Notes: generated by a model from the sequence alone, not told the origin. DNA of 63,987 bases, filler included, from Rozella allomycis CSF55 (GCA_000442015.1; 7 parts of 7 records of this genome joined end to end with filler, not necessarily neighbours in it); one strand, 5' to 3'; shown: positions 48,643 to 61,681, numbered from the whole stretch's first letter. Numbers and translations are program-made.

Positions 48643-50040
48643 TTAATCGTCATCGTCAAAAGTAACATGTGATGATTTCGCGTTGGGGTCAATTTCTTTG
48701 AAAAAGGCGCCATACGTCTTATGCTCCTTCTTTTTCACTGTAGTGCCAAATTTTAGTAACGCTTCCGGTACTTTTTGTTCCGCTTGTTTTAGAACGTTTA
48801 TCAATTCTCCTGAATGAGCCTTGTCTAAAGGAGTGAACATTGTATGAGCTATTCCGGTTTTTCCGGCTCTACCACATCGCCCGATTCTGTGTGTATAATC
48901 TTCGATGGTTAATGGAAATGTATAATTAATGACGTATTCCACATCCGGAATATCTAATCCTCTAGCAGCAACGTCAGTAGCAATCAGCAATGGAACATCT
49001 CCGTTTTTAAAGGATTGAAGTGCTTGCCAACGCTGATTTTGATTCTTGTCTCCATGAATTGATTCAACATTGTATTTGTTTTGCTTGAGAAAATTTTCAA
49101 TTCTTACTGCTTCCTTTTTGTATAATGCAAAGACAATGACTCTATTTGATCGAGAAGAATGATATTTTTTCAAAAGCGAGATCAATTTGTTATCTCTATC
49201 TCTTGGCTCTTGAATGACTTCGACAATTTGCGTCACATTGGTGTTGGATGTGAGTTCATCAAAGCCAATCGTGATTTTTACTGGATTTTTCAAGAATTCA
49301 GAAGCCAACTGCCGCACAGAATTAGGCCAAGTAGCACTGAACATTAAAGTTTGTCTTTTTTCTGGGATTTGTTTAACTATTTTTCTTATATCGTTAATAA
49401 AACCCATGTCCAACATTCTATCAGCTTCATCAAGAATTAAAAATGATATCGCACTCAAATCAACGACACCTTCATCCATCAAATCAATTAATCTGCCGGG
49501 AGTTGCAACAATTACATGAGTTCCTTTTTTCAGTAATTTTCTTTGGGAATCCTTTGATACACCTCCGTATAAAGTAACAGTGGTTAGACCTTCTAGTTTG
49601 GAGCCCATTTCATCAATAGATTGCTGAATTTGCAGTGCGAGTTCGCGGGTGGGCGCCAAAATTAGAATCGCATTATTTGGCATATCGGATTTCTTTAAGT
49701 GATTGATAGCAGGTACACCAAAGCCATAAGTTTTACCAGATCCAGTCATAGCGATTCCAACGACATCTCTTCCCTTCAGAGCTAAAGGCCAGCATTCTGA
49801 TTGAATTGGAGTCGGTTTTGGAAATTTTTCCAAGGTTTTTAAAATCTTCTTGTGTACTTTTAAAGTTGCGAATGATAAGCACGGTTTGTGATCTTCTGGT
49901 GCATTTTCAAGTGTAATGTTGTGCTCTTTTCGAAAATTTTGTATTTCAACTTGAGAGGGATCTACAAGGGTTTCATCTTTGGAAACTTTTAATTTTTTTG
50001 AAGATGATTTGTCTTTGTCTTCTTTGCTTCTTTTCCCCAT
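48643..50040 (-). CDS. DBP3: DEAD-box RNA helicase Dbp3
   Basis: AMTGSGKT, DEAD, SAT, HRIGRCGR; diagnostic tail KFGTTVKKKEHKTYGAFFK. Confidence 0.95.
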   Translation of the reverse strand: MGKRSKEDKDKSSSKKLKVSKDETLVDPSQVEIQNFRKEHNITLENAPEDHKPCLSFATLKVHKKILKTLEKFPKPTPIQSECWPLALKGRDVVGIAMTGSGKTYGFGVPAINHLKKSDMPNNAILILAPTRELALQIQQSIDEMGSKLEGLTTVTLYGGVSKDSQRKLLKKGTHVIVATPGRLIDLMDEGVVDLSAISFLILDEADRMLDMGFINDIRKIVKQIPEKRQTLMFSATWPNSVRQLASEFLKNPVKITIGFDELTSNTNVTQIVEVIQEPRDRDNKLISLLKKYHSSRSNRVIVFALYKKEAVRIENFLKQNKYNVESIHGDKNQNQRWQALQSFKNGDVPLLIATDVAARGLDIPDVEYVINYTFPLTIEDYTHRIGRCGRAGKTGIAHTMFTPLDKAHSGELINVLKQAEQKVPEALLKFGTTVKKKEHKTYGAFFKEIDPNAKSSHVTFDDDD

Positions 50041-50092
50041 GAAGAAAAATTTAGTGGCACAGTTACAAAGAAAATTGAAATGTAAAATGGTT

Positions 50093-52428
50093 TTATTCTA
50101 AATCGTCATCATTTTTGCTATTATTGTTAATAACAGCTTGCATTTGATATAAATTAGCTATTTGGGAGGAAGTTGTAGCATTTTCGGGTGATTTGTCATT
50201 TCTTATGCGAATGAATCGAGGGAATCTAAGAGAAATTCCTTTGGATGAATCAACCTGAAGAATTCAAAAACATTTAATTACTAGACCGACACCAGCGCGA
50301 TAAACAGGAGATATTGACAAATCAGCTGCTTTAATCTCCCAAACTTGAACCGCGTCGAACCAAACGTCGGGCTTTGCGTTATCGGCGTAAGAATAATATG
50401 ATTTTGGCCCAGGTATTATATGGTTATTAAGGAACGTTGTATGTTCGCCCAAATCAGAGTCTGAAAAACCAGTTCCGATCTTTGAAAGGCAATTGAATGA
50501 CTTACTTTGCAGATCGTTTGATATTCTTCATTTTGGTCATCATAACAAGCGAGTAAGAATCCACCATAATTTCCTACACGCTTTCCCTTTCCATGATAAG
50601 CACCAATAACGACCAAGTCTACACTGTCACCAATTCCAGAAACGTAATCCTTTTTAACCTTTTGCTTCATTAACTGTTAAACTTACTTTTAGCCAATTTC
50701 TGCTTCTCTTCGAAGGCTCATAAGAAGATTCTTCTACTAGTGTTTTAACCATGAGACCTTCACAATTCTCTTTTACAGAATCATCAAGAAAATATTGAAT
50801 ATCTTCTGTAGTTTGGGCATCCATATATTTCGCAAACGCAAATTTCCCTTCGACTACTCTAAAGTTTTGGTGCAAAAGATCTCTCCTTTCACGAAAAGTT
50901 GTCGTTAATAAAGACTAAGTAATTTCAGAAATTTCATGATTACTTTTCCATTCAAAAACAATAAATCAAAGGCGTATAGAGACACTTGGACTTGAATGTT
51001 GGCGGTGTTTACATCCTTTCTTTTACGTGTGCTTAAAACTTGAAAAGGTAAAATTGAGTTCTTTAGTCTATCGAATGCAACCACTTCTGCGTCGATAACA
51101 AAAGATTGAGCACCATCAGTAATAATCTCTGGGATGTGTTCCATAATATCAGGATATTTATCAGTCATGTCTTCCGAATTTCTACTAAAGATCTTTATTG
51201 AACCATCTGCCAAACGATGCACTTGCGCCCTCTCCCCATCATATTTATATTCACATGTAAAAGGTTTTCCTTCAAATCTATCTAAAACTTCAGTTAAGCT
51301 TTTCGTTGGATGCGCCAACATAGGTTTTAAAGGAATTCCTTCTCAAAAAACAAAACACACTCTACCTGGAGTCATGTGACAGCGTTCAGAGAGTTTATTC
51401 ACTCCATAATCAAACAAGGCGGGAATTATTTGGTCATAACTTGGTATTTCACTGCATTATCAAGAAATGGTAATCGTACTTGAATACTGATTTTAATGTT
51501 TCTACACCTTCATCAATTTCTTCTGGACTTGCCTTGGGATTTTTTGCTTTAATAAATGCCGTGCCAAGTGATGTCAAGATAGATCTTTCTGCTAATCCTA
51601 TGCGCAATTTTCCTTCCAGAATTCTATTGCCTTAACAAAAGAGCTTTACCTAATCAAATACTTGACTTCACAGCCCTGGCAAGCTACCAACAATGATCTG
51701 ATTTTATCCACCTTCTTAGTCACAGACTTGTATCATCGTATTAAATTTATTACATCTTTTCCAGTAATTAGCGCAATATCTCTAAACGTTTTGAAAACAG
51801 TGTGAATTGAAAGTGATTTCGGTGTATACATCATCTTTTGCGAAGATTTCGAAGACTATTAACACATTTAATATGAAATACTTGAGCAACTTTGCCTAAA
51901 TCTCCTAATTCTTTAACATCGTTTCTAATCGCAGAAATTGATCTTCCAGTAACCGCACTTACAGCTTTGACTAGTACAGTCTCCCCAATACCAAGTTCTA
52001 TTCCTTCAAAAGTTGGCGCAATTTGGTTTAAACTCAAGTACACTGAAGGAAGCAAATCCTTTTGTGATTCATTAATTAGCTTTATAAAAAAGTTTGTCAA
52101 AATATCATTAATAACGAGTCTATTAAGATGCATATGAATTTATACCTTTTCGTGGTATTTTCTATAGCCTCAAGCGTCTCACACAAGGTCATGAACTGCA
52201 TACTGTCAGACGAAACAGAAAACGACATTTTAGCCGCAGGTGCGCTGTCTTCGTCTATTTTTATTTTCTTTTCTGCTTTTAAATCATTATTATCATTAAG
52301 CCTTTTTATATCTTCTGGCTTGTTGTTCTCCTTTGTTTCTAATGTCATTTTTGTCTTTCTCGGTGCAAAAAACGATCTATCTCTCATAAAAGAATATCAT
52401 ACGATGGTGGTGCTTTTTTGTTAGACAT
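50093..52428 (-). CDS. CDC9: DNA ligase I
   Basis: [43 protein letters not shown]; many short GT-AG introns. Confidence 0.95.
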
Positions 52429-52782
52429 TGTTGAAATCAAAAAAGAATGGAAGCGTCGAAGGTGAAAAAACCTGATTGGAATTTTCAATGTCATTCAAAT
52501 AGAATTTCTGTGGTCTAAAATTTTCAATCAAAATGCCCTAAAATGTCGTGTATCATAAGCACACAAATATTCAGAGTATCATTGTACCTACTGTGACGTA
52601 AATGTTTATTGTCCAAGCTTGTGATACGCCAGGATACAAAATAAAATCTTTTCACTTAAATTAGCACGAGTTTTTAAAAATATATGAGCGTTTCCTAAAG
52701 TTAATCCAATTATAGCAATCATGATCTATCAATAAAAATATAAATTGGAAAGCCAGTAGAAGAACGCAGATACCAAACCCAA

Positions 52783-53211
52783 ATGAATCTTAAATATTTC
52801 CTATTAAGTGTATTGATCAGCATGGTTGCAACTCAATCGGTTTCTACTTCCACAACAGTTGTACCTACTACCACTACTGCAACTAGTACAACTACATCTG
52901 CCCCAACCAGTGCAACCACTGTTCCTGCATCTTCTACGGCAACAACAGCCACGTCTACACCTGCTAATTCTACAGCCACAACGTCAACTTCATCTTCTAC
53001 TACTACCCCATCGACGTCGGCAACTGCGACTGACAAATCTTTTAATGTCAATGACAACCTTCCACTTATCATATCATTATCAAGTGTAGGAGGAGTTTTA
53101 TTGATTTCTATTATATTCATGGCAATCAAAAGAAAGACACAATCCAACTTCAAGGGAAACGTATTCGACTACTTTGATAACAGAAAGTTGACGGCTGCGA
53201 GCCAAGTTTAA
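52783..53211 (+). CDS. Ser/Thr-rich type I membrane protein (Mid2/Wsc-like topology)
   Basis: Signal peptide, S/T-rich ectodomain, TM, tail KGNVFDYFD. Confidence 0.75.
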   Translation: MNLKYFLLSVLISMVATQSVSTSTTVVPTTTTATSTTTSAPTSATTVPASSTATTATSTPANSTATTSTSSSTTTPSTSATATDKSFNVNDNLPLIISLSSVGGVLLISIIFMAIKRKTQSNFKGNVFDYFDNRKLTAASQV

Positions 53212-53323
53212 TTCAATTAGCAAGTGTTAGTATTATAGACAATAAATTTTTATTCTAAATTTATCATCTTTTCGAGTAAATAGGGCAGCGACAGGGTAAC
53301 TACTAACCGAACCAAATATCGAA

Positions 53324-53544
53324 TTATTTTGAGTGAAATCCTTGTGTTTCCTTTCTAAGTTCGCGAATAACAGCGGCTAGCGCTTCCGGATTCGCACCTG
53401 CCTCAATCATCTGCATGCAAGTCACGAGTGTTTGCTTGTCAAGACCAGTATTCATTATCTGTGAAATTTCATATAGAGCTGACCTCAATTTTAACTTGAT
53501 TTCTTACCTTGTATATTGTCTTGCATCTGTCTTGCAGATTCCAT
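53324..53544 (-). CDS. MZT1: Mitotic-spindle organizing protein 1 (MOZART1)
   Basis: Spliced MESARQMQDNIQALYEISQIMNTGLDKQTLVTCMQMIEAGANPEALAAVIRELRKE; one GT-AG intron. Confidence 0.92.
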
Positions 53545-54208
53545 GCGTTCAAAAATGAAATTTACGAAATGTAGTTTTATTTTGCGGACTTCCTATCACC
53601 CCGTCATGGTACCAACAGGCAATAAAGATGAGTGAAAGTCCAAAGAGTTTTGACACAGTCACCCAATTCTGTTTCACGTCAGACTGTCACTGTAACTTCT
53701 GCTGTAACATGACGACTAGAGGTCTCTCAAAACGAGCTTTCTGAATTCTACAAGGATAGAAGAGAGGTTTCATCAATTAGTGCCCTCAGATTCCATTGAG
53801 TATTTAACATAAATCTGACATTCATTAGTGAAAACTCTCTAGATGTGTTGGAACTCACCCTAGGGAGGTCCTAGAAGTTTTCCTGGAGATCGCAATCCTA
53901 ACTAATGATAAATAACATGATTTGAAATTATTGAATATATTCATTAATGTCAACAATTGATGGATCTCTTAAAATCTTTAATTTACTATTAATAGAAGTA
54001 GAACAAACCGGTTAAAAGGCTCGTTCTTACATTCATGTTTCATTCAGTCTATTCTTAATGAAGTTTCTTTCTATTTCACTCATTTAGAATTATAGAGCCT
54101 GATTGTCATCGTAGGAAAATAAATTTCTTGTGAAATATTTAAAATATAAAATAAATAAATTATTTCATCGTGTGAAACGTGTTGACCCTTGACCCTTATC
54201 TGCCTGTC

Positions 54209-55850
54209 ATGTCTAAGAGAAAAGCAAGTGAATCTGCTGGCGCTTCCCAACCTAATAAATCTAGTCTGATCCCCCATAATCCATTTAAAGAACGTATTGA
54301 AAAAATTCCCATGTCTTTTGAACCTACGCAGGACTACCTATATATCAGAGATTGTTATCCTATATACTACAACTATATTATGACTTTGCTGAAGAANTAT
54401 GTCTTTTGAACCTACGCAGGGCTACCTCCTATATGTTAGAGATTGTTATCCTATATACTACAACTATATTATGACTTTGCTGAAGAAATACAAGTCTATA
54501 ACAGTTACTGGAACGCCTGGTATAGGTAAGTCCATGTTCTACAGCTACTTTTTTCAACGATACCGAAAAGAGAATCCAAATCAACCAATAGTCACATCGG
54601 CTTTTAATGAAAAAAGCAAATTACAAGAGTGCGTTGTATTTACGGCTAATACAAATGTAGGTACTCGGCATAAGGAAATTCCACAGGAGGATGATTACCT
54701 ATACTTGTATGATGGCCCACCTGAAACCAAAGCTGTGGGTAAAATGGTTTGTTTCACTTGTCCAAATTTCGACTGGCTGGATTCTCAAAAGAAAAATGCC
54801 AAACATTTCAAATTGTATTTTCCACTTTGGACGCTTGATGAATTACTGTTGGCAAATGATATATTGAAGCTGAATTTAGATGAAAATGTTATTGAGCAAA
54901 GATTTGAGCTCTTTGGAGGCTCTGCTAGATATTGTTTAGCACTTGAAAATAAGTTTCTGAATGAATTCAAAAGTGATCTTATTAACAAAGTCATTAAAAT
55001 TGATTCATGTGATGCATTACTACACATTCTTGATCAAACGGTTGAAATTCAAGCTATTTATCATAATATTTTTCACAGTGAGCCATATATGGATGAAGAT
55101 GAGTTTCCTGCAGAATTTGGGTTGAAGATATGTTCTCGTGAAGTCGAACGCATGATATATGCAAGCATTAAATTCTTGGAAGATAAAAAAAGAAAAGAAT
55201 TGATTGCATGTTTGAAAGGGCAAAGCTTATTTTCATTTCTTCTTGGCTGGTTATTTGATGGTCATGCAAATGAAATAATGAGTAAAGGTGGTTATTTTAA
55301 AGTCACCTCCATGTCGACAGAGCGAACCCGGGAATTTAAAATTCCTCTTGGAAGTTATAAACATTCAACAAAATCCAATACTGAATCAATTGATGGATAT
55401 TATCTCAACGAACAAGAAAAAATCCTGTATTTTATGCAAATGACAATGAACAATAAACATACAATCAATCAAAATGGATTGATCACGGAAAGCAAGCGGT
55501 TGGGTTTAGAAGAAGATGTGCAAGATTACACCTTTATTTTTGTGTTTGTCGTTCCTAAAAGGCTGTCTGAGTACCCTAAGCAAGAGATGGACGTTCTTCC
55601 GAAATCCAAGAATGACAATGACAGCGTGAAAGAAATCAAAGGCATTGGCAACAAAAGTGCTGCCTTCCTTGAATATCTTGGAATTAGAACTGTCAAACAA
55701 CTTGAAAATGAAATCACAAAGAATAATGAAGAAGTTACGAAATTCAAAAAGTTTTTGGACAAATACAATGCAGCAATTGAAGAGTCAGAGAAGTGGGCTT
55801 TTCTTAATAATATTGAACAATTGAGAATGGTGTTGGATATTGATTACTAA
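54209..55850 (+). CDS. Crinkler-type P-loop NTPase + REase-like protein with HhH insertion
   Basis: YVRDCY, ITVTGTPGIGKSMF, YLYDGP, PLWTLDEL, FGGSARY, SIDGYY...FMQMT, VKEIKGIGNKSA. Duplicate around N 54397. Confidence 0.82.
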
Positions 55851-56280
55851 ATGATTGAAATAAATGATTATGATTGAAATAAATAATTGACTTTGAAAAT
55901 CTACTTTGAGAGCAATTAATGTTAGCGTCTGTGTAATTCGCAATTTAACTTCCGACTTAAATGAGGAATTCCTATGTTCTTAAACAATTACTTAACCTTC
56001 TCCTAAATAACCTAAATGTGGCAAACTCCATTTATTCGACATTTTGATGGGGCCAAAAATGTAGGATTTGTTACTGTATATTCAGCGATAGTTTTCCACA
56101 TAGTAATCCGATAGGGTGGTAACACCTACTAAGGGGTGTGCGACGACCCAATAGGAGGGTGGCAGCTCGATTTTCTCCAGCGCATATGAACAGCTGAAAT
56201 AAAAACATTTGTGGCCAATGACTCTATGAGAGCATTTTATATTTTATAAAATAGCTGATTTCAAAATTTATTAGTTTCAC

Positions 56281-56790
56281 TCAATTAGATTCAATATCAG
56301 GAAGAAATTTAGATTCTCGGTACATTGATGGTTGAATGGCTGCAGACATAGGTCTGGGTTCTTTCGGCTCATTTTTGTGATGAATAGCGCTAAAGTCAAA
56401 GTACTCGAAGATGTTTCCATCATAATTATTTCCCTTTACTCTATTTCTTCTGCGCTTAATACACATGATTAATATACCGATAAGAACAAGGGCGCCTAAA
56501 CTCGCACCGATTATGATTGGGATCAATGGTGTTGTATTGTTAACAGAAGATGCACCATTGGCATGCGGATCAGTTGATGGTGATGTTGTAGATGTTTGGG
56601 AAGCACTATCTGATGTGGGTGCACTTGAGTTTGAACTGGCAGTTGGTGTTGACGTAATTCCTGAAATGAATGTCTTTGTCGTGAAAACAGTCACACCGTT
56701 GGTAACATTTGTAATCGTAGTTATTGATGTCGTTTGACCAAATATATTGGCGCAAAGGAACCCTAATATTATTCCTACTGCTGTCTTCAT
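56281..56790 (-). CDS. Ser/Thr-rich type I membrane protein, likely paralog of 52783-53211
   Basis: Signal peptide, S/T-rich region, TM IIIGASLGALVLIGILIMCI, tail DGNIFEYFD. Confidence 0.75.
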   Translation of the reverse strand: MKTAVGIILGFLCANIFGQTTSITTITNVTNGVTVFTTKTFISGITSTPTASSNSSAPTSDSASQTSTTSPSTDPHANGASSVNNTTPLIPIIIGASLGALVLIGILIMCIKRRRNRVKGNNYDGNIFEYFDFSAIHHKNEPKEPRPMSAAIQPSMYRESKFLPDIESN

Positions 56791-56899
56791 GAACTTGATG
56801 CGAAACAAGGGGCTACGGGGTTTGAGTTTGTCACAAGTTTTATGCTAAAAATAGAATCAAGTTTCTAAATATTTTGACTAATAAAAACAAGGAAATACT

Positions 56900-57728
56900 T
56901 TATAAAACTTTCTCGACATAATTTGAGGGAATAAACCCTTTTACATCATTTTGATTTTTAGCGGTGAACCAACCGTCAGTGTCGACGGTCTCAATGATCA
57001 AAACTTCATCCTTGGCGAATGATAAACAACTAGTGTCAGCCGATTCAAAACTATACAAAGCCTTGACTTTATCTCCAATCGAGAAATCTTGGAAGCCGGA
57101 ATGTCTCAAAGTCAATTTTCTACCCCAATGCCTTGGATCGCTCACATGGTAATAAAAGTCGCGTATTTTAACTTGTTTTTCTCAATAAAATCATAATTCA
57201 TGTTTACTGGGATAGTTTACGTTCTTTTAAATGAATAAAAATATATTACCTCTATTAATATATACAGTTTCTCCAAAAGTCTAGACAAGGAAATCGGTTT
57301 GTTAGGAATAGTCCAATTGTTAACAATAACAGTGTTGTCAATTTTGGGCAGCTTTTCTAGATACATGTCTCCTTTACGAGATTTCAGTTTTTATACAAAA
57401 ATGCTATTTACTGATATTCTCACTGTGTATTTATCGCTCGGATAAGGGCCGCTGAAAACAATATCGCAAGCGGAATGCACTACTTCATGGAATCCTGTTT
57501 CTCTGTTCTCAAAATAAATAGGTAATTCAATGTTGATAATGTGAGCATCTGATTCCTTGGAGTACTCAATGGAGAGATCTTGTTTCAGTAAAGATATGTC
57601 TATTCATCAATCGTTTAAAAGGTACCTGTTAATAACTCTGAATCCTCGGAAAAATTTTGAAATGCCATTAATTCAGTCTGCTCGCCTTCAAGATCATCCA
57701 GACATGATGAGGGTACAACGTCCATCAT
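56900..57728 (-). CDS. NBP2: SH3 adaptor, Nbp2-like (5' exons uncertain)
   Basis: Spliced VKIRDFYYHVSDPRHWG resembles the Nbp2 N-terminal motif, followed by SH3 ALYSF...GWF...GFIPSNYV. Confidence 0.6.
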
Positions 57729-57898
57729 TTACGAAATTTCGTAAGACGTTCAATATTGAATCGGGTCATACTTTAAATTGTATTTTAAAAAATCTCAATC
57801 TTAATTTTATTGTTAGACCTAATATGCAAAATATTGATCTTTGTAATCAATTTGTTAAAAGTCTGATAATTTTGGCATGGCGCAGTCACCATTTTCAC

Positions 57899-60800
57899 AT
57901 GGACGTAATTTTAGATGCCAGTTCATATGTTATCCTTTGTGAAATATTTCTTATCTCGCTATTAATGATAGCGTGGTACTCTTCGTCGCCAAAGTCTTCT
58001 GAAGAGTGTCAAGATTTTTACCGAATCGAAAAACAGATACCAGTAATAAAGTGTTGTGTTTATGAATAGGAAAATAATTTCGAGTATGAAAAGGAGACAC
58101 GAGAATCTTGCCAGTGGTTGAACGCGTTTATGGAGTATGGACTGAAGAGCCCAGAGATTATGGCAAAGATACGCGATTTTTTGATGAGAAGGATTAACTT
58201 GGAACTGATGGAAGCGCAGACCGAGTTGCCGATAGCGGTGGAAGATATGGAGGTTGTGGATTTTGATTTTGGAACGGAAACGCCAGTGATTGGAGTGTGT
58301 GATTTTGAGATGCCTATAGGAATTGAATCTGACCGGATGAATCAGTGGGTAATATTTGATTGATTTATTAATGGATAGAGACTCGTCGCAGATTTAAGAT
58401 ATAAAGGTGGATTTTCTATTCATGTAAAGTCGACATTGATGATAGGAAAAAAGACTGCGGATTGTTTTCTAAAGATGGAAAAGTTTCAGGGCAAGGTAAT
58501 TTGATGGATTTGAATTTATTAGTTTATAGTTGAATTTTTTACAATGTTGAAACCATTTTTATCGATAATGACGTCAGACGTTCCAAATTTTGTGCTTGAT
58601 GTTAGATATGGGAATGTGCCTTTTCCAAAGCTTTCTAATCTTGTTCATTTTAAGGTTACCCAAGTGATGAGTTCTCTTTTTGTGTATCCAAATTCACGCA
58701 GATATATGATTGATAAGGATAGTGATTTGTTGCCGGATGCGTTGTCGCCAGTTAGAAGTGGATTTGAGTATTGCTTTCTTCCGGGATCATTAATGATGAG
58801 AATTGGCAGAGTAAAGAATTTGTGTGTGACTGAGCCAATTCATTCGTATGTGAACGTTGATGTTATGGGTAACAAATATCGATCTAATATTGTTTATTCA
58901 TCTCGACAGCCATTTTTCAATGAAGTTTCTTTCTTTAATGTTTACCAAGTTGCAGCGTATGAGCCTGATATTCATGTTAGTTTAATCCATCGTAAAAAGA
59001 GAATAGCGATTGATGAGGTTGTTGGATCAGCTACGTTTACACTTAGACATATCGTTTATGATCAATTAAAAAAGATTAATTTGAAACTTTATGATAAAGA
59101 TCATCGTGAAATTGGAAATCTACAACTNTCATCGTAAAAAGAGAATTGCGATTGATGAGGTTGTTGGATCAGCTACGTTTACCCTTAGACATATCGTTTA
59201 TGATCAATTAAAAAAGATAAATTTGAAACTTTATGATAAAGATCATCGTGAAATTGGAAATCTACAACTTGAATTTTTGTTGTTTAGTCATGCTTATGAA
59301 TCAGCTGAATTAGAGCTTGAACATCACAAGAAACAGCAGCAACAATTGATTCCATCGAAAATTAATTTCAATAATTCATCTGAAACATTTAATGAAACAG
59401 ATTATCTTTGTTCAATGATAAGAGACGATATTCAGAAAATTCACAATCTATTTCATAATGTTCCACGTGGCCATCGTCCAGAAAATGAAATTTCTCTTTC
59501 TGAATATTTTGAATTTGGATTCGCTTGTAGAATGTTAGAGAATGAATTGTCAGATCTTATTTCATGCACAAGATCCCTTCATATCTGTACGTTTAAATCT
59601 CTTCCATTTATGATTCAACAAATTTCTTCATTAGAAATGAGAATTAGAACAATTTTGGAACATTTGGGTAAAGCTGCATCAAACTTTCTAACTGGTGCGG
59701 CTATTGGAAGAGCTAGAGATTGGGAATTCGTGATTGCGGAGCTTCAAGAGAAAATATCAAACTTGATGCACGTTGTTTATTTAATGTGGAATAATTCTAA
59801 GTCATTCTACAATTTGGATAATGAAAGTAGAGAAACAACAGCCACAACGCTCATGGATTCTCATTCAATTAAAGAATCTAGTTATTCTTCAGTTACGTTA
59901 AATTCAGTTGATTCTTATTTAAAGATTGATGCTCCTGTAACAGAAGAAATGAAGGCGGAAAACGACATTACATTCTCTTGTAAAATATTCAACATTAGAG
60001 GGTTGGTTAGCTGCACAAAGACTCATCTAGAGTTTCATTTTCATCAAGAATCTATTCCATCCAATGTTCTTGAAGGTATTTTCTACCAAATGAATCAAAC
60101 TTGGGAACCAAATCAAGAACCTACCAGGGTTGCATTGGATCAGAAATTTACGAAATATTACAAATTCCAATTAGATCATCAGAGATTAATTGTTAGAAAA
60201 AAGAATGATTCAGTTTATTTCATTAAACAAGTTTTTGGTATTTCTGATATCAGAAAGATTGAAATTCACCAACCATGCGATAATAAAGCATTGTCTAAAG
60301 CTGTGTTTTCTATTCATCTGGATGATGGGTATTTTGTTAGATATGGAATAGATCCAAATATGGCTGAAATCTTATTTGAAAGAATTCAATCATTTCTGTT
60401 TTTTGACTTGTGGGTTGGTAAATCTGAACATTCAAAGTTTTCGTTGCCGTTAGTTAACATTACTGACGTTTCTTTAGAATCTCAACCTGTTTGTGGAACT
60501 GACAAGGATTTATTCCACGAGGAGAAAAACTATTCTTTCATTTCCTTGAAAATCAAACATCCTTACAGAGATGACGATGTTTTTGGTTCTTTAAATTTAT
60601 CTGCCCTCGTAGGAAACATTTCTTTATTCGAGTTGAAAAATTTCATCTTGAATAGAATTGAAATGGCCAATGACGATCCAAACGCTCATCATTCTACCAA
60701 ATCAATAAACTCATTCCAACCAAGTCAAATATCTCTCTTATGGTCGCCTCTAACAACCGTCATTCACGTTCCTTTTGGAAAATACAATCGCGAATACCTG

Positions 60801-61199
60801 GCCAGAGTTCAACTAGTAAATCAATCCTGCATCCCAAGCTTCTTCAAGAAATCTGAAATGTACACTCTATTTAAAGTTATAACCACGCGCCAAGTTCAAA
60901 CATATCCGTGCAGCTTCAAAGGTATCGTCAATGGCACTCTATACATCTGTGACACTCACGTTGCTTTCCTCGGTAAGGCTTTTACGAAACATGTCAAAAT
61001 ACTAATCCCTATTAGTCACATAAAAAGCGTTCAAGGCAACATGACAATGCTCCTAAAAAATCTCACAATCTCAATGTACAACAATGAAGAATTGGTATTC
61101 ATGAAATTCAAAAATCACACCGGGTCTCTATGCAGGGATGAATTAAATAGGCTCATAATGAAAAGAAATAGGAAAATGTCTATTGCCACTTCTCAATAA
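57899..61199 (+). CDS. TM-SMP-C2-GRAM membrane contact-site protein
   Basis: N-terminal TM; ESCQWLNAF (SMP start); C2-like YVNVDV...QPFFNE...DEVVGSATFTL; C-terminal GRAM-like YPCSFKGIVNGTLYICDTHVAF. Duplicate around N 59128. Confidence 0.7.
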
Positions 61200-61251
61200 A
61201 TTCATTTNNNNNNNNNNNNNNNNNNNNNNNNNNNNNNNNNNNNNNNNNNNN

Positions 61252-61263
61252 TTAATTAATTAA
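61252..61263. other. Artificial contig linker
   Basis: TTAATTAATTAA within N run. Confidence 0.95.
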
Positions 61264-61307
61264 NNNNNNNNNNNNNNNNNNNNNNNNNNNNNNNNNNNNN
61301 NNNNNNN

Positions 61308-61612
61308 TTAAATCCATTATGGCATTTTTGTGCGCTTGCCACGCCAGCGCAGTTACGACATTGTCGCCAGGCTTGGGGCTGGTTTCCAAAAGTCTAATGT
61401 TCCCATTTTCATCAGATACTGCCATAAAATTTTTGTCATCTGCGTATTTAATATAGTTGGAAAATACTTGAGCATCTTGAACTTGCAAAAAGAGTGGTAT
61501 TCAATCTCTTGTACCATGAACATTGAATATTGTTAAGTATATCTAGGTAAAGTTCTGATTTCTTATATTTTTTAAAATCCAACTCTATTCCGGGAGAAAA
61601 GAAAGAATTCAT
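61308..61612 (-). CDS. CDT2: WD40 protein N-terminus, Cdt2/DTL-like, truncated by contig end
   Basis: MAVSDENGNIRLLET...WQAHKNAIMDL matches the first WD repeats of Cdt2. Confidence 0.65.
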
Positions 61613-61681
61613 AAATTGGCGCGCTTTTATACAGGCGCAGCATGAACTAAAAATCTATAATCTAATGACCAAAGTTGAAAT

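Noticed and set aside
53602-53714. Possible MITE or ncRNA bounded by CGTCATG...CATGACG
   Set aside because: Short imperfect inverted repeat, single copy in the window, no target-site duplication or RNA family motif seen.
56040-56200. GC-richer intergenic patch with an Sm-site-like ATTTTTGG on the minus strand
   Set aside because: No U1, U2, U4, U5, SRP or RNase P/MRP signature recognised.
57557-58069. 170-aa plus-strand ORF as a separate gene
   Set aside because: Only the part from ATG 57899 fits the SMP gene; the rest overlaps probable minus-strand exons.
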